Shown here: one piece after another, positions 37,978-46,940 of the stretch
How the letters are laid out: each line of letters opens with the position of its first letter
Numbering within the stretch: the first letter of the stretch is position 1
NCBI GenBank assembly: GCA_009837395.1
Contig: VXTP01000043.1
Location: 456,936 to 520,935 of the forward strand
Reading direction: 5' to 3'
Length of the DNA stretch: 64,000 nucleotides
Origin: Gemmatimonadota bacterium
GTDB lineage: Bacteria > JAAXHH01
Notes under the pieces: model-generated
The model's database searches: none
What the model was told of the DNA's origin: nothing
What the model saw: only the letters and a program-made list of their open reading frames with translations
Made by a program: the position numbers and the translations under genes

Positions 37978-38043
37978 GTCAGATTCGTTGGCAACCAGTT
38001 TGCGATGCGCCTTGCGCCGTTCGATCGAGAAAGGAATGCTGTC

Positions 38044-38790
38044 ATGGCAGATAACTGGATTGCCCTGAAGCTGCGCCGCCAGGAGCTGGCGCGTGATAAC
38101 GGCTTTGCAGCGTGGAAGACGATCACGACCGAAACCCGCTGGGAGCCGGAGCGCACCGCGCTGGTGCTGTGCGACGTCTGGGATGCCCACTGGTGCCGCG
38201 GCGCGGTCGAGCGGCTGAACGCGCTGACGCCCCGAATGAACGAGGTCGCGGCCGCCTGCCGGTCCCGGGGCGTCCTGATCGTGCACGCCCCGTCCGACAC
38301 CCTGGATTTCTACCGGGATGCGCCCGCACGGAAAAGAGCCGAGTCCGTACCGTCCGTGGATACGCCGCCGGACCTGGGCCTCCCGGACCCGCCGCTCCCC
38401 GTGGATGCATCCGACGAAGGCGCGGATACGGGCGAAACGGAGACCTTCCGTGCCTGGTCCCGTCAGCACCCGGACATCGACATCGACCAGGAGAGGGACC
38501 TGATGTCCGACAGCGGCGCGCGGATCTACGCCTGTTTCAGGCACTACGGGATCCGCAACATGCTGATGATGGGCGTGCACACCAACATGTGCATCCTGCA
38601 CCGGACTTTCGGCATAAAGCAGATGGTCCGCTGGGGCGTTCCCGTGGCGCTGGTCCGCGATCTCACCGACGCCATGTACAATCCCGCCATGCCGCCCTAC
38701 GTCAGCCATGATGAGGGCACCCGCCTGGTGGTCTCTTTCATCGAGAAGCACTGGTGTCCCACCGTGCACAGTTCGGACATACTCTCGTAA
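38044..38790 (+). CDS. Isochorismatase-family cysteine hydrolase
   Basis: Start at MADNWIALK. Motifs ALVLCDVWDAHW and catalytic-Cys context GVHTNMCIL fit the isochorismatase fold. Confidence 0.55.
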   Translation: MADNWIALKLRRQELARDNGFAAWKTITTETRWEPERTALVLCDVWDAHWCRGAVERLNALTPRMNEVAAACRSRGVLIVHAPSDTLDFYRDAPARKRAESVPSVDTPPDLGLPDPPLPVDASDEGADTGETETFRAWSRQHPDIDIDQERDLMSDSGARIYACFRHYGIRNMLMMGVHTNMCILHRTFGIKQMVRWGVPVALVRDLTDAMYNPAMPPYVSHDEGTRLVVSFIEKHWCPTVHSSDILS

Positions 38791-38880
38791 TGACGGGAAG
38801 GGCAAGACCGTGACCAGATGGAAGGACCGTCACCTCGCCGATACGCGTCGTATCTTGCGGCCGGATTTCTGGGACATCCG

Positions 38881-39840
38881 ATGAATCGTGCGCTGGACGT
38901 GTTGGCGGTCGGGGACGGCAACCTCGACGTGTGGATGCGTGTGCCGCGCCATCCGGACCGGCACCGTGGAGGTGTTCGGGGATCCGGCGTGGTCGGCGAG
39001 GCCTGTCGGGTCGGGCCGGGCGGGGCGGCCGCGAACGTTGCCATGGGCATGGCTCGGTTGGGCGCCAGTGCGGCCTTTGTAGGCGCGATCGGCGACGACG
39101 CGCCGGGTACGCGTTTCGCGGAGGGCATGCGGGCCGGCGGCGTAGACACGTCCCGTCTTCACGTCATGGAGGGACAGGCGACTTCGTTGGCCTGCATGTT
39201 CGAGACACCGGACGGCGAATACACGTTCTACGTGTGTCCGGGTTCCCGGACCATACCTTCCCACTGCCTGGCCGGTGATTTCGTCCGTTCCGCGCGCCTC
39301 CTATACGTCACCGGCCATGTGCTTACCGAAGACGAATCGACCTGCGCAGCCATCCTCGACGCGATGGCCACGGCCCGAGACTCCGGCGTTACGGTAGCCC
39401 TCGATCCGGGAAAGTTCTGGCTCAATCCCGCCCTGGAATCCCGCGTGCACGAGGCCGTGAAGCATACGGACATCATCTTGCCCAACCAGGAGGAAGCGGA
39501 ACAGCTCACGGGCCGGCAAGCGCCTCGTGACGCCGCCGCCGACCTGCTGGAGGCAGGCGTCGGCATCGTATCGGTGACGCTGGGTGGCCGGGGTTGCCTG
39601 GCGGCCTCCGAAGACCGCATGGTCGAGCTGCCGGCCTTCCGCGTCCGGACCGGGTCCACGGTCGGTGCGGGCGACGCTTTCGCCAGCGGACTGCTTTACA
39701 GTTTTCTTTTGAAGGAGAACCTGGAGGAAATGGCGGCTTTCGCCAATGCCGCGGCGGCCATCAAGATCGGTACGCCCGGTGCGTCGGAGGGCATGCCCGG
39801 GGTGGATGAGGTAAGGGCGTTCCTCAGGGAAAACGCATAG
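38881..39840 (+). CDS. PfkB-family carbohydrate kinase (KdgK/ribokinase-like)
   Basis: Start at MNRALDVLAVGDG. Di-Gly region LGGRGC. C-terminal anion-hole motif GAGDAFASG. Confidence 0.75.
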   Translation: MNRALDVLAVGDGNLDVWMRVPRHPDRHRGGVRGSGVVGEACRVGPGGAAANVAMGMARLGASAAFVGAIGDDAPGTRFAEGMRAGGVDTSRLHVMEGQATSLACMFETPDGEYTFYVCPGSRTIPSHCLAGDFVRSARLLYVTGHVLTEDESTCAAILDAMATARDSGVTVALDPGKFWLNPALESRVHEAVKHTDIILPNQEEAEQLTGRQAPRDAAADLLEAGVGIVSVTLGGRGCLAASEDRMVELPAFRVRTGSTVGAGDAFASGLLYSFLLKENLEEMAAFANAAAAIKIGTPGASEGMPGVDEVRAFLRENA

Positions 39841-39859
39841 CGTGATCAGGCCGACCAGC

Positions 39860-40957
39860 CTACTTCCGGCTTCCGGCATAGAACGGCAGTTTTACCACTT
39901 CGGCGGCGATGTGCCTGCCTCGGATGCCGATGGCGAGGCCCGTTCCGGGTTCCGCCAGTTCGGCGGGCACGAAACCCGTGCCGATCCCCATCCCCAGCGT
40001 GGGTGAAATCGCTCCGCTGACGACCTGGCCGACCTGGACCCGGTCGTGGAGGATCTCGTAGCCTTGCCGGGGTATCCCCCGTTTCAGCAACTTCAGTCCC
40101 ACCAGCTTCCGTTTCACACCTTCACGCCGGACCCCCAGCAGGGCGTCCCGGCCGACGAAGTCCGGTTTCTTCAGCTTGACCGTCCATCCCAGGCCGGCTT
40201 CGATGGGATTGATCGATTCGTCGATCTCGTGCCCGTAGAGCGCGAGTCCGGCTTCCAGGCGCAGGGTATCTCTAGCGCCGAGTCCGCAGGGCTTCAAGCC
40301 GCTTGAAGCGCCGGATTCCAGCAAGAGATCCCATAGCGCGGCCGCATGTTCCACCGGATACCAGATCTCGAAGCCGTCCTCGCCCGTGTATCCGGTTCGA
40401 AAAACCCGGGCATCGATGCCACCGACCCGGGTTTCGACAAACCCCTGAAACCTGAGCGCATCCAATTCGGCCTCCACCAGCGGATCGAGTATCTGTTCGC
40501 TGCGGGGTCCCTGCAACGCGATGAGCATGCTCTCCTGGCTCAGGTCCCGGATTTCGACGTCGTACGCGGCGGCATGGCCGCGGAACCAGTCCAGGTCCTT
40601 TTCCCGGTTGCCCGCGTTGGGAACGACCAGCAATCGGTCCGGCATGCGGTAAACAAGGAAGTCATCGATGACGCCGCCGTCGGTCCGGCAGGCCAGGGTA
40701 TACTGGGACCGATAGGGCTTAAGCCGTTCGACGTCATTCACCGTGATGTGGTTGGCGAAGGCGACGGCGTCGGGTCCTGATATCTCGACGCGGCCCATGT
40801 GCGAGACATCGAAGAGACCGGCCGCCGTGCGGACCGCGTGGTGTTCAGCCAGAATCCCCTCATACTGGACCGGCATCTCCCAGCCGCTGAAAGGCACCAA
40901 CTTCGCGCCCAACGCCACGTGGCGGTCATATAGCGCGGTTTTTCGGAGTTCCGTCAT
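39860..40957 (-). CDS. gcvT: Glycine cleavage system aminomethyltransferase (T protein)
   Basis: Start at MTELRKTALYDRHVALGAKLVPFSGWEMPVQYEGILAEHHAVR…FDVSHMGR, the canonical GcvT N-terminus. A GGGGGAG Shine-Dalgarno precedes the ATG. Confidence 0.9.
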   Translation of the reverse strand: MTELRKTALYDRHVALGAKLVPFSGWEMPVQYEGILAEHHAVRTAAGLFDVSHMGRVEISGPDAVAFANHITVNDVERLKPYRSQYTLACRTDGGVIDDFLVYRMPDRLLVVPNAGNREKDLDWFRGHAAAYDVEIRDLSQESMLIALQGPRSEQILDPLVEAELDALRFQGFVETRVGGIDARVFRTGYTGEDGFEIWYPVEHAAALWDLLLESGASSGLKPCGLGARDTLRLEAGLALYGHEIDESINPIEAGLGWTVKLKKPDFVGRDALLGVRREGVKRKLVGLKLLKRGIPRQGYEILHDRVQVGQVVSGAISPTLGMGIGTGFVPAELAEPGTGLAIGIRGRHIAAEVVKLPFYAGSRK

Positions 40958-40997
40958 GCAACGCTCCCCCTGCAAGGTCCCGATTATCACCCATCGC

Positions 40998-41027
40998 ATT
41001 TAACGCAAGGGCTTCCTGCGGTGTCAA
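40998..41027 (-). promoter_or_regulatory. Candidate sigma-70 promoter for gcvT (TTGACA-18-TTAAAT)
   Basis: On the minus strand, TTGACA (complement of 41022-41027) is followed after 18 nt by TTAAAT (40998-41003), about 40 nt upstream of the gcvT ATG. No glycine-riboswitch-like sequence was recognised. Confidence 0.3.
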
Positions 41028-41126
41028 TACAAAACGAGATTCATGATAGGGCTTCGACTGATATGAACAGGCGGGCATCGAGGGTCAAATCACCCGAATC
41101 ACCATCATCAAAAGGAGTTCCTTATC

Positions 41127-42842
41127 ATGATACGAAACCACCATCTCGCCATCACCGTGCTATGCCTCGGTTTCGCGGGGAAGGCGGCGGGCGCGGGCAT
41201 CGTCATTTCAGAGGTACTGGCCGATCCCCATTCGGAATCCAAAGGAGAGTTCGTCGAACTCTACAACGCGGGGGAAGAACCGGTGGATCTCGAAGGCTGG
41301 CCACTCGGCGATTCACGGGATGTGAACGACACGATTACGGACTTCACCGGTCCCCATGACTTCGGCCTGGCGGGTACGGTGCTGGCACCGGGCGCATACG
41401 CGCTTGTCGTCGATCCGGACTACGAAGGCGAATACAACGCGCGAGTTGCCGCGGCGGGCGATCCTGCCCGTCTACTGATGCTGACCATCAAGGGAGACCG
41501 GACACTGGGCAATGGGCTGGGGAACAGCGGAGACCTGGTCTTCATCAAAAGGGACGAGGTTACGATCGACCAGTTCGCATGGACCGAATCGGCGGGAGGG
41601 AACGGCGTTTCGTGGGAACGGCCGCGACTCGACCTGCCCGTGGACGAGTCCAACCGTTTGCCGTCCACACATCCGGACGGATCGACTCCGGGGTTCCGAA
41701 ACAGCACGGCGAACGACCTATCTCCCACGCCCGGGCCGGAGGATCCAACAATGCCCGAGGATCCCGAGCAGCCGGTAGAACCCTCAGAGCCGGAAGAGCC
41801 AGCGACACCCGAGGAACCCGAGCAGCCCGCCGAACCTGACACACCCACCGATCCCGAGGAACCCGCGGAGCCGGATGAGCCAGCGACACCCGAGGTACCG
41901 GAAGCACCCACCGAACCTGACACGCCCACCGATACCAAGGAACCCGCCGATCCCGAGGAACCCGAGGAACCCGAGGAACCGGCAGAGCCAGCGACGCCCG
42001 AGGAACCCATGGCGCCTGTAGACACCGGGAGATCGATGGAAAACGTAGTCATCAATGAGATCATGTTCAACCCCGGCCCCAACCGGACCGAATGGATTGA
42101 ACTGTACAATCGGGGTAGTGGTGCGGTCGATCTCACCGGCAGCGCGCTGCGGCTGGATCACTTGGAACGGGTGCGCCTCATTTCCTCGGGCGGCCTGTCT
42201 ATCGAAGGCCAGGGATATGTCGTAATTGCCCATGATGTCGCCCTGTTCCGGGAAACGCATCCCGGCTTCGGCGGTACCGTGGTGGAAGCGATAGGCGGCT
42301 GGGAAAGGCTACGGAACAGCGGTGCGAGGATATGGCTTCTGGATGCAGTGGGAAAACCCGTCCATGGCGCAGAATTCGACGAGGCCTCGAATCCCGAACC
42401 GGGTCGTTCCGTGGAACTGGTGAACCCGGACTTCGATCCACCGGTCTGGGGACCATCCGCCGACACGGGCGGCGGTACTCCGGGCCGGCAGAACTCACTC
42501 TATGTTTCCCGTATACCGGACGGCGTCTCCGTGCATTTCAGCAACAATCCGTTCTCCCCGGATGGCGATAACTTCGAAGACGTCTGCCTGGTGACGATCG
42601 ACCTGCCCGCACCCCACGGTATACTTCACGCCATGGTGTTCGATATCCAGGGCCGTTTCCTTAGAACGCTCATTGATCAGACGACCGTAGCCAGCCGGCA
42701 TGTCTTTACATGGGACGGAACGGATCAGCACGGACGCGGGCTGCCTGCCGGTCCGTACATCCTATACGTGGAACAGATGCTGCCCACACTCGACAGGCTG
42801 ACGGCTTCCAAGCATCTGGTCGTGATCGCCTCTTCGCCGTGA
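41127..42842 (+). CDS. Secreted protein with two lamin-tail domains, a Pro/Glu-rich repeat linker and a FlgD-Ig-like C-terminal domain
   Basis: 571 aa with a signal peptide (LAITVLCLGFAGKAAGAG). Lamin-tail motifs ISEVLADPHS…EFVELYN and INEIMFNPGPNRTEWIELYNRG. There are about 90 aa of PEDPEQPVEPSEPEEPATPEEPEQPAEP-type repeats. C-terminus NNPFSPDGDNFED…VFDIQGRFLRTL…WDGTDQHGRGLPAGPYILYV. Confidence 0.7.
   Translation: MIRNHHLAITVLCLGFAGKAAGAGIVISEVLADPHSESKGEFVELYNAGEEPVDLEGWPLGDSRDVNDTITDFTGPHDFGLAGTVLAPGAYALVVDPDYEGEYNARVAAAGDPARLLMLTIKGDRTLGNGLGNSGDLVFIKRDEVTIDQFAWTESAGGNGVSWERPRLDLPVDESNRLPSTHPDGSTPGFRNSTANDLSPTPGPEDPTMPEDPEQPVEPSEPEEPATPEEPEQPAEPDTPTDPEEPAEPDEPATPEVPEAPTEPDTPTDTKEPADPEEPEEPEEPAEPATPEEPMAPVDTGRSMENVVINEIMFNPGPNRTEWIELYNRGSGAVDLTGSALRLDHLERVRLISSGGLSIEGQGYVVIAHDVALFRETHPGFGGTVVEAIGGWERLRNSGARIWLLDAVGKPVHGAEFDEASNPEPGRSVELVNPDFDPPVWGPSADTGGGTPGRQNSLYVSRIPDGVSVHFSNNPFSPDGDNFEDVCLVTIDLPAPHGILHAMVFDIQGRFLRTLIDQTTVASRHVFTWDGTDQHGRGLPAGPYILYVEQMLPTLDRLTASKHLVVIASSP
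41740..42010 (+). repeat. Degenerate in-frame repeats encoding the Pro/Glu-rich (PEEP/PEQP/PTEP) linker of the lamin-tail-domain protein
   Basis: Repeated gaacccgaggaaccc / gagccagcgacacccgag units. The translation is more than 50% Pro+Glu over about 90 aa. Confidence 0.7.
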
Positions 42843-42980
42843 CGGCCGGATTTCGCCGTGAACGGCCGGATATTGTACTTGACACGGTGCTTTGGTTTCC
42901 CTTGATTTACGGTGGCTTCACGCAGCATTGCTCCAGGCCGCCCGGAGCATGAATCGGGTCGCGCGTACAGAGACGGATAC

Positions 42981-43928
42981 ATGAACAGTATCGTGGTATT
43001 CAGCGGCTCTTCCCATCCCGCGCTGTCGGAAGAGGTGTGCCACTATCTCAACGTGCCGCTGAGAGCCAGTACCCTGACGCGATTCAGCAACGACTGCCTC
43101 CAGGTCCAGTTGAATGCGAACTGCCGGGAAGGCGATGTCTACATCATCCAACCGCTGGGTCCTCCGGTGCAGGAGAACCTGGTTGAATTGCTGTTGATGC
43201 TGGATGCCGCCCGGGGGGCGTCGGCGGCGCGCACCACGGCCGTGCTGCCCTATTACTCCTACTCGAGATCCGACAAGAAGGATGCTCCCCGCATATCCAT
43301 CGCCGGCCGCCTGGTGGCCGATCTGCTGGGAACGGCCGGCGCCAATCGCATTCTCACCCTGCAAATGCACCAACCGCAGGTTCACGGATTCTTCAGTATC
43401 CCGGTAGATCACCTGAACGCGATCAAGGTACTGGCCCAACATTTCCAACAGCGGGATCTGAGCAATACGGTGGTGGTTTCTCCCGACCTGGGCAACGCCA
43501 AGAACGCGGCCCATTTCGCGCGTCTGCTGATGTTGCCGGTGGCGGCGGGCAACAAGCGCCGCATTTCGGACGACAAGGTCGAAATCGACATGATCGTGGG
43601 GGACGTCACCGGCAAGAACGCGATCATCATGGACGATGAGATCGCAACCGGCGGCAGTATCTTCGAACTGATCCAACGGCTGGAAGAACGCAACGTACAG
43701 CGGGTCTGCGTCGTGTGTACGCACGGGGTATTCAGCGGCGGGGCGATCGAACGGTTCAGAGATTGTTCCCGGATCGACGAAATCGTCACGACGAATACGG
43801 TACCCATCGGTGAAGACAAGCGACTTCCCCACATGGTCATCCTTTCCGTCGCTTCACTGCTGGCGGAGACGATTCGAAGGATCCACAACGGAGAATCGGT
43901 GAGCAGCCTGTTTGCCGATACGATGTAG
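42981..43928 (+). CDS. prs: Ribose-phosphate pyrophosphokinase
   Basis: Start at MNSIVVFSGSSHP. PRPP-binding motif VVSPDLGNAKNA and DDEIATGGS. Confidence 0.9.
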   Translation: MNSIVVFSGSSHPALSEEVCHYLNVPLRASTLTRFSNDCLQVQLNANCREGDVYIIQPLGPPVQENLVELLLMLDAARGASAARTTAVLPYYSYSRSDKKDAPRISIAGRLVADLLGTAGANRILTLQMHQPQVHGFFSIPVDHLNAIKVLAQHFQQRDLSNTVVVSPDLGNAKNAAHFARLLMLPVAAGNKRRISDDKVEIDMIVGDVTGKNAIIMDDEIATGGSIFELIQRLEERNVQRVCVVCTHGVFSGGAIERFRDCSRIDEIVTTNTVPIGEDKRLPHMVILSVASLLAETIRRIHNGESVSSLFADTM

Positions 43929-44023
43929 GGTACGGCCGGGAGGGTTGCTCCCGGCCGGCCGCACGACGCAGGACGACTTTTGTAAACCAAACGCGGGACG
44001 AACCCGATTCATGGAGGAAGAGG

Positions 44024-45142
44024 ATGGACCAGATCAAACGGCGCGAGTTTCTGAAGACGGCATCCACGGCCGGATTGGCCGGCGGGGCCGCACTGATGGC
44101 GGGTTGTGGTTCCGGGCAGGAAAGCAGCGGTCCCGCCATCCGCACGGACAGGACCTATGAGTGGAAGATGGTCACCACCTGGACACCGAATCTGCCCATA
44201 TTGCAGGAGAGTGCGCGACTCCTTTCCCAATGGGTGGAGGAAATGTCCGAGGGGAGGATGAAGATCACGGTGTATGCGGGCGGCGAGTTGATTCCGGCCC
44301 TCGAGGGATTCGAAGCGGTCAGCCAGGGTGTGGCGGAAATGGGACACGGCGCCGCGTACTACTGGGCCGGGAAGGCGCCCGCCACGCAGTTCTTCTCTTC
44401 GGTACCTTTCGGGATGAACGCACAACAGGTCACCGCCTGGCTCTACAGCGGCGGCGGGTTGGAGTTATGGGAGGAAATCTACGCCCCATTCAACCTGATC
44501 CCCATGCCCGCGGGCAATACCGGCTTCCAGATGGGGGGCTGGTTCAGGAAGGAAATCAACACCGCCGACGACCTCCAGGGACTGAAGATGCGGATACCGG
44601 GCCTGGGGGGCGACGTGATCAAGCGGGCGGGCGGTTCGGCCATTCTGTCTCCCGTAGGCGAGATTTACACCAACCTCGAACGCGGCGTCATCGACGCCAC
44701 CGAATGGATCGGCCCGTATCACGACTACCTCATGGGCTTCTACCGGGCGGCCCAGTACTACTACTATCCCGGTTGGCATGAACCGGGCACCGTGACGGAA
44801 CTCATGGTCAACAAGAGCGCTTTCGAGGAACTCCCGGCCTATCTGCAGACGGTGATCCGGACCGCGGCGGCCCGGTCGACGCACTGGGTGCTGTCCGAGT
44901 TCGACGCCAGGAACAACGAGTACCTGCAGAAGCTGGTCAACGAAGAAGGGGTACAGCTCAAACGCTTTCCGGATTCCGTGCTCACGACCCTCAAGGGATA
45001 CTCGGAGGAAGTCATCGCCCAGCTGGTCGAAACAGACGAAGACAGCAGGCGGGTGTACGAGTCCTTCACGTCTTTCCGGAACACGGTTACCGGATGGACG
45101 GACCTGGGAGAGAAGATCTACTACTCGGGCGCCATGGGGTAA
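44024..45142 (+). CDS. TRAP-transporter solute-binding protein, DctP family (Tat signal plus lipobox), orphan
   Basis: 372 aa. N-terminus RREFLKTASTAGLAGGAALMAGC. DctP-family pattern throughout. No dctQ/dctM nearby. Confidence 0.7.
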   Translation: MDQIKRREFLKTASTAGLAGGAALMAGCGSGQESSGPAIRTDRTYEWKMVTTWTPNLPILQESARLLSQWVEEMSEGRMKITVYAGGELIPALEGFEAVSQGVAEMGHGAAYYWAGKAPATQFFSSVPFGMNAQQVTAWLYSGGGLELWEEIYAPFNLIPMPAGNTGFQMGGWFRKEINTADDLQGLKMRIPGLGGDVIKRAGGSAILSPVGEIYTNLERGVIDATEWIGPYHDYLMGFYRAAQYYYYPGWHEPGTVTELMVNKSAFEELPAYLQTVIRTAAARSTHWVLSEFDARNNEYLQKLVNEEGVQLKRFPDSVLTTLKGYSEEVIAQLVETDEDSRRVYESFTSFRNTVTGWTDLGEKIYYSGAMG

Positions 45143-45190
45143 GGCGGTAAATCGGCGGGGCGCTGGCGATAGAGCTGCAGGGCGCTGGCG

Positions 45191-45907
45191 CTATCCGTCG
45201 AAAACGCCTTCGATCCGGGCGATCCAGCCCGTCATCGCGTCGCAGTACAGCAGGTCGTCTCCGCAACGCGCCAGGCCGTGCGGTTCCGGATGTTCCGGAC
45301 CGATATGGATCTCGTCGAGCACGTTGCCGGTATCGACGTCCATCTTCGCGATGACGCGGTCCATCTTGAATACCATCCACAGGGCATCGTCGCCGGTCCT
45401 CACGATGCCGTGGCCGGCGTCGTAGGGCAGCGGAATGACGCGCTTCACCGACCAGTCCGGGATTCGGACCTGCGTGAGCGTCTTCTCCTTAAGCGTGCTC
45501 AGCCAGATCGTGCCTGTATCCACGAAATCGTAGTCCAGGCCATGGGTGCCGCCGGCAGCGGGAAGGGGCCGGCGGAGCAGAGTAGCGCCGGTCCGCGGAT
45601 CGACCTTGAGGATCTCGCCCGTCCCGGGCGGCGCGTCGGTCTCCCTCGAAAATCGCCACCGTTCGCCCGGACCGTTGGCGGCCAGCCACAGCCCCCCTTC
45701 GCCGAATGACATCCCACTCGTGTTGGAGGATTCCGTCGGCAACTCGCGCAGTATCCTGCTGGTTCCGTACTCGTGGGGAGCTTCCAGGGCGAGGAGCGCG
45801 ATGCGATCGGTGAATTGATCGACGACCCACAGGCCTTCGTCGGTGACCTGCAGACCGTTTGGCGCACTGTACGGCGCCCGCATGTACCGGGTGATCCGTG
45901 GGTTCAT
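45191..45907 (-). CDS. Beta-propeller protein (NHL/SGL/Vgb-like)
   Basis: 238 aa with repeated blade-like segments (LWVVDQ…, LWLAANG…, IWLST…, LWMVFK…). Its start overlaps the PhyH-4 stop by 4 nt. Confidence 0.45.
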   Translation of the reverse strand: MNPRITRYMRAPYSAPNGLQVTDEGLWVVDQFTDRIALLALEAPHEYGTSRILRELPTESSNTSGMSFGEGGLWLAANGPGERWRFSRETDAPPGTGEILKVDPRTGATLLRRPLPAAGGTHGLDYDFVDTGTIWLSTLKEKTLTQVRIPDWSVKRVIPLPYDAGHGIVRTGDDALWMVFKMDRVIAKMDVDTGNVLDEIHIGPEHPEPHGLARCGDDLLYCDAMTGWIARIEGVFDG

Positions 45908-46878
45908 GCCTCTTTCCTGTCCTTGAGACGGGTCCAGCCCCTGCCCGGGTTATAGGGCTTCGCCTCGTGGTAACGGTCCCGGAGTTCCCTGAAGGCTTCC
46001 GGCGTCGTGACCTCCCGCTCGGGATGATTCGAATCCCGGATCACGAAGTCGGCCTCGCTCGGATAGCAGGCCATGGTGACCGGATCCCGTTCCGGCGTGT
46101 AGGTCTCCGGGTCCTCCTCCGAGTTGTTCGGCGCGTCCATGGACTGGTACCTCAGGTCGATACTCCAGCGAACGATCCCGGTATGGTTCACGAAGGAGGC
46201 GTGGGGGGTCAGATTGGTCATGAACAGGACGTCGCCCCGTTTCATTTCCAGGGGAATGGGCTGGTTCTCCGGCAATTCGTCCCCGGGGATCTCCAGGTAG
46301 CCGCCGTGCCCCCCCGTGTAATGCCGGAACACGCCGCCCTTGTGGACCCCGGGAATCACGTGCAGACAACCGTTTTCCACGGTCGTGTCGACCAGCGGGA
46401 TCCAGCAGGTCACGATCAGGTGCCGGTCGCAGTGGGGCAGGAAGTAGCCTGAGTCCTGGTGCCAGGGCACTTCCGTCCGCGTATGCCCCGGAAGCTTCGG
46501 ACGGATGCGATAAGCGGAAGCGCCCACGATGTCCGGTCCGATCAGGTCCGAAACACAGTCTACCAGGTCCGCATTCCGCAACAAATCCAGCATCGACTCG
46601 CCGTTGAACTGCCCTCCACCCCGTCCCATGATCATCGCCAGGACGGCCTCGCCGGCTTCTTCGGACTCTTTGTAAATATGCGCCAACCTGGTTTCGAATC
46701 CTTCTCCCGCATAAGGGCTGGGCAGTTTTCCCTCGTCGTGCAGCCGGCGCGCGCCTTCGTCCACGATGCCGCTCAGGGCCCGGATCAAAGGATGCAGCGC
46801 GGCTTTGGACAGCAGCCCGGTTTTGACCAGGTAACCCTGATTTTCGAATTGCGTGGTTTCCGCCTGAGATAAACCCAT
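45904..46878 (-). CDS. PhyH-family Fe(II)/2-oxoglutarate dioxygenase (paralogue 4)
   Basis: 324 aa. WHQDSGYF HxD motif. Distal His in MTNLTPHASF. Translationally coupled to the downstream beta-propeller gene. Confidence 0.75.
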   Translation of the reverse strand: MGLSQAETTQFENQGYLVKTGLLSKAALHPLIRALSGIVDEGARRLHDEGKLPSPYAGEGFETRLAHIYKESEEAGEAVLAMIMGRGGGQFNGESMLDLLRNADLVDCVSDLIGPDIVGASAYRIRPKLPGHTRTEVPWHQDSGYFLPHCDRHLIVTCWIPLVDTTVENGCLHVIPGVHKGGVFRHYTGGHGGYLEIPGDELPENQPIPLEMKRGDVLFMTNLTPHASFVNHTGIVRWSIDLRYQSMDAPNNSEEDPETYTPERDPVTMACYPSEADFVIRDSNHPEREVTTPEAFRELRDRYHEAKPYNPGRGWTRLKDRKEA

Positions 46879-46940
46879 TTACGCCTCTCTTGTTCCCTGG
46901 TCCGCAACCGGCGTTGCGACCGCGTCGGCCAGGCTGACCG

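Noticed and set aside
40958-41126. Possible glycine riboswitch upstream of gcvT
   Set aside because: Reading the minus-strand leader, I could not find the conserved glycine-aptamer elements (paired GGAGAG…CACCG-type cores). Only a promoter-like TTGACA/TTAAAT pair and a Shine-Dalgarno were seen. A covariance-model search (Rfam RF00504) would settle this.
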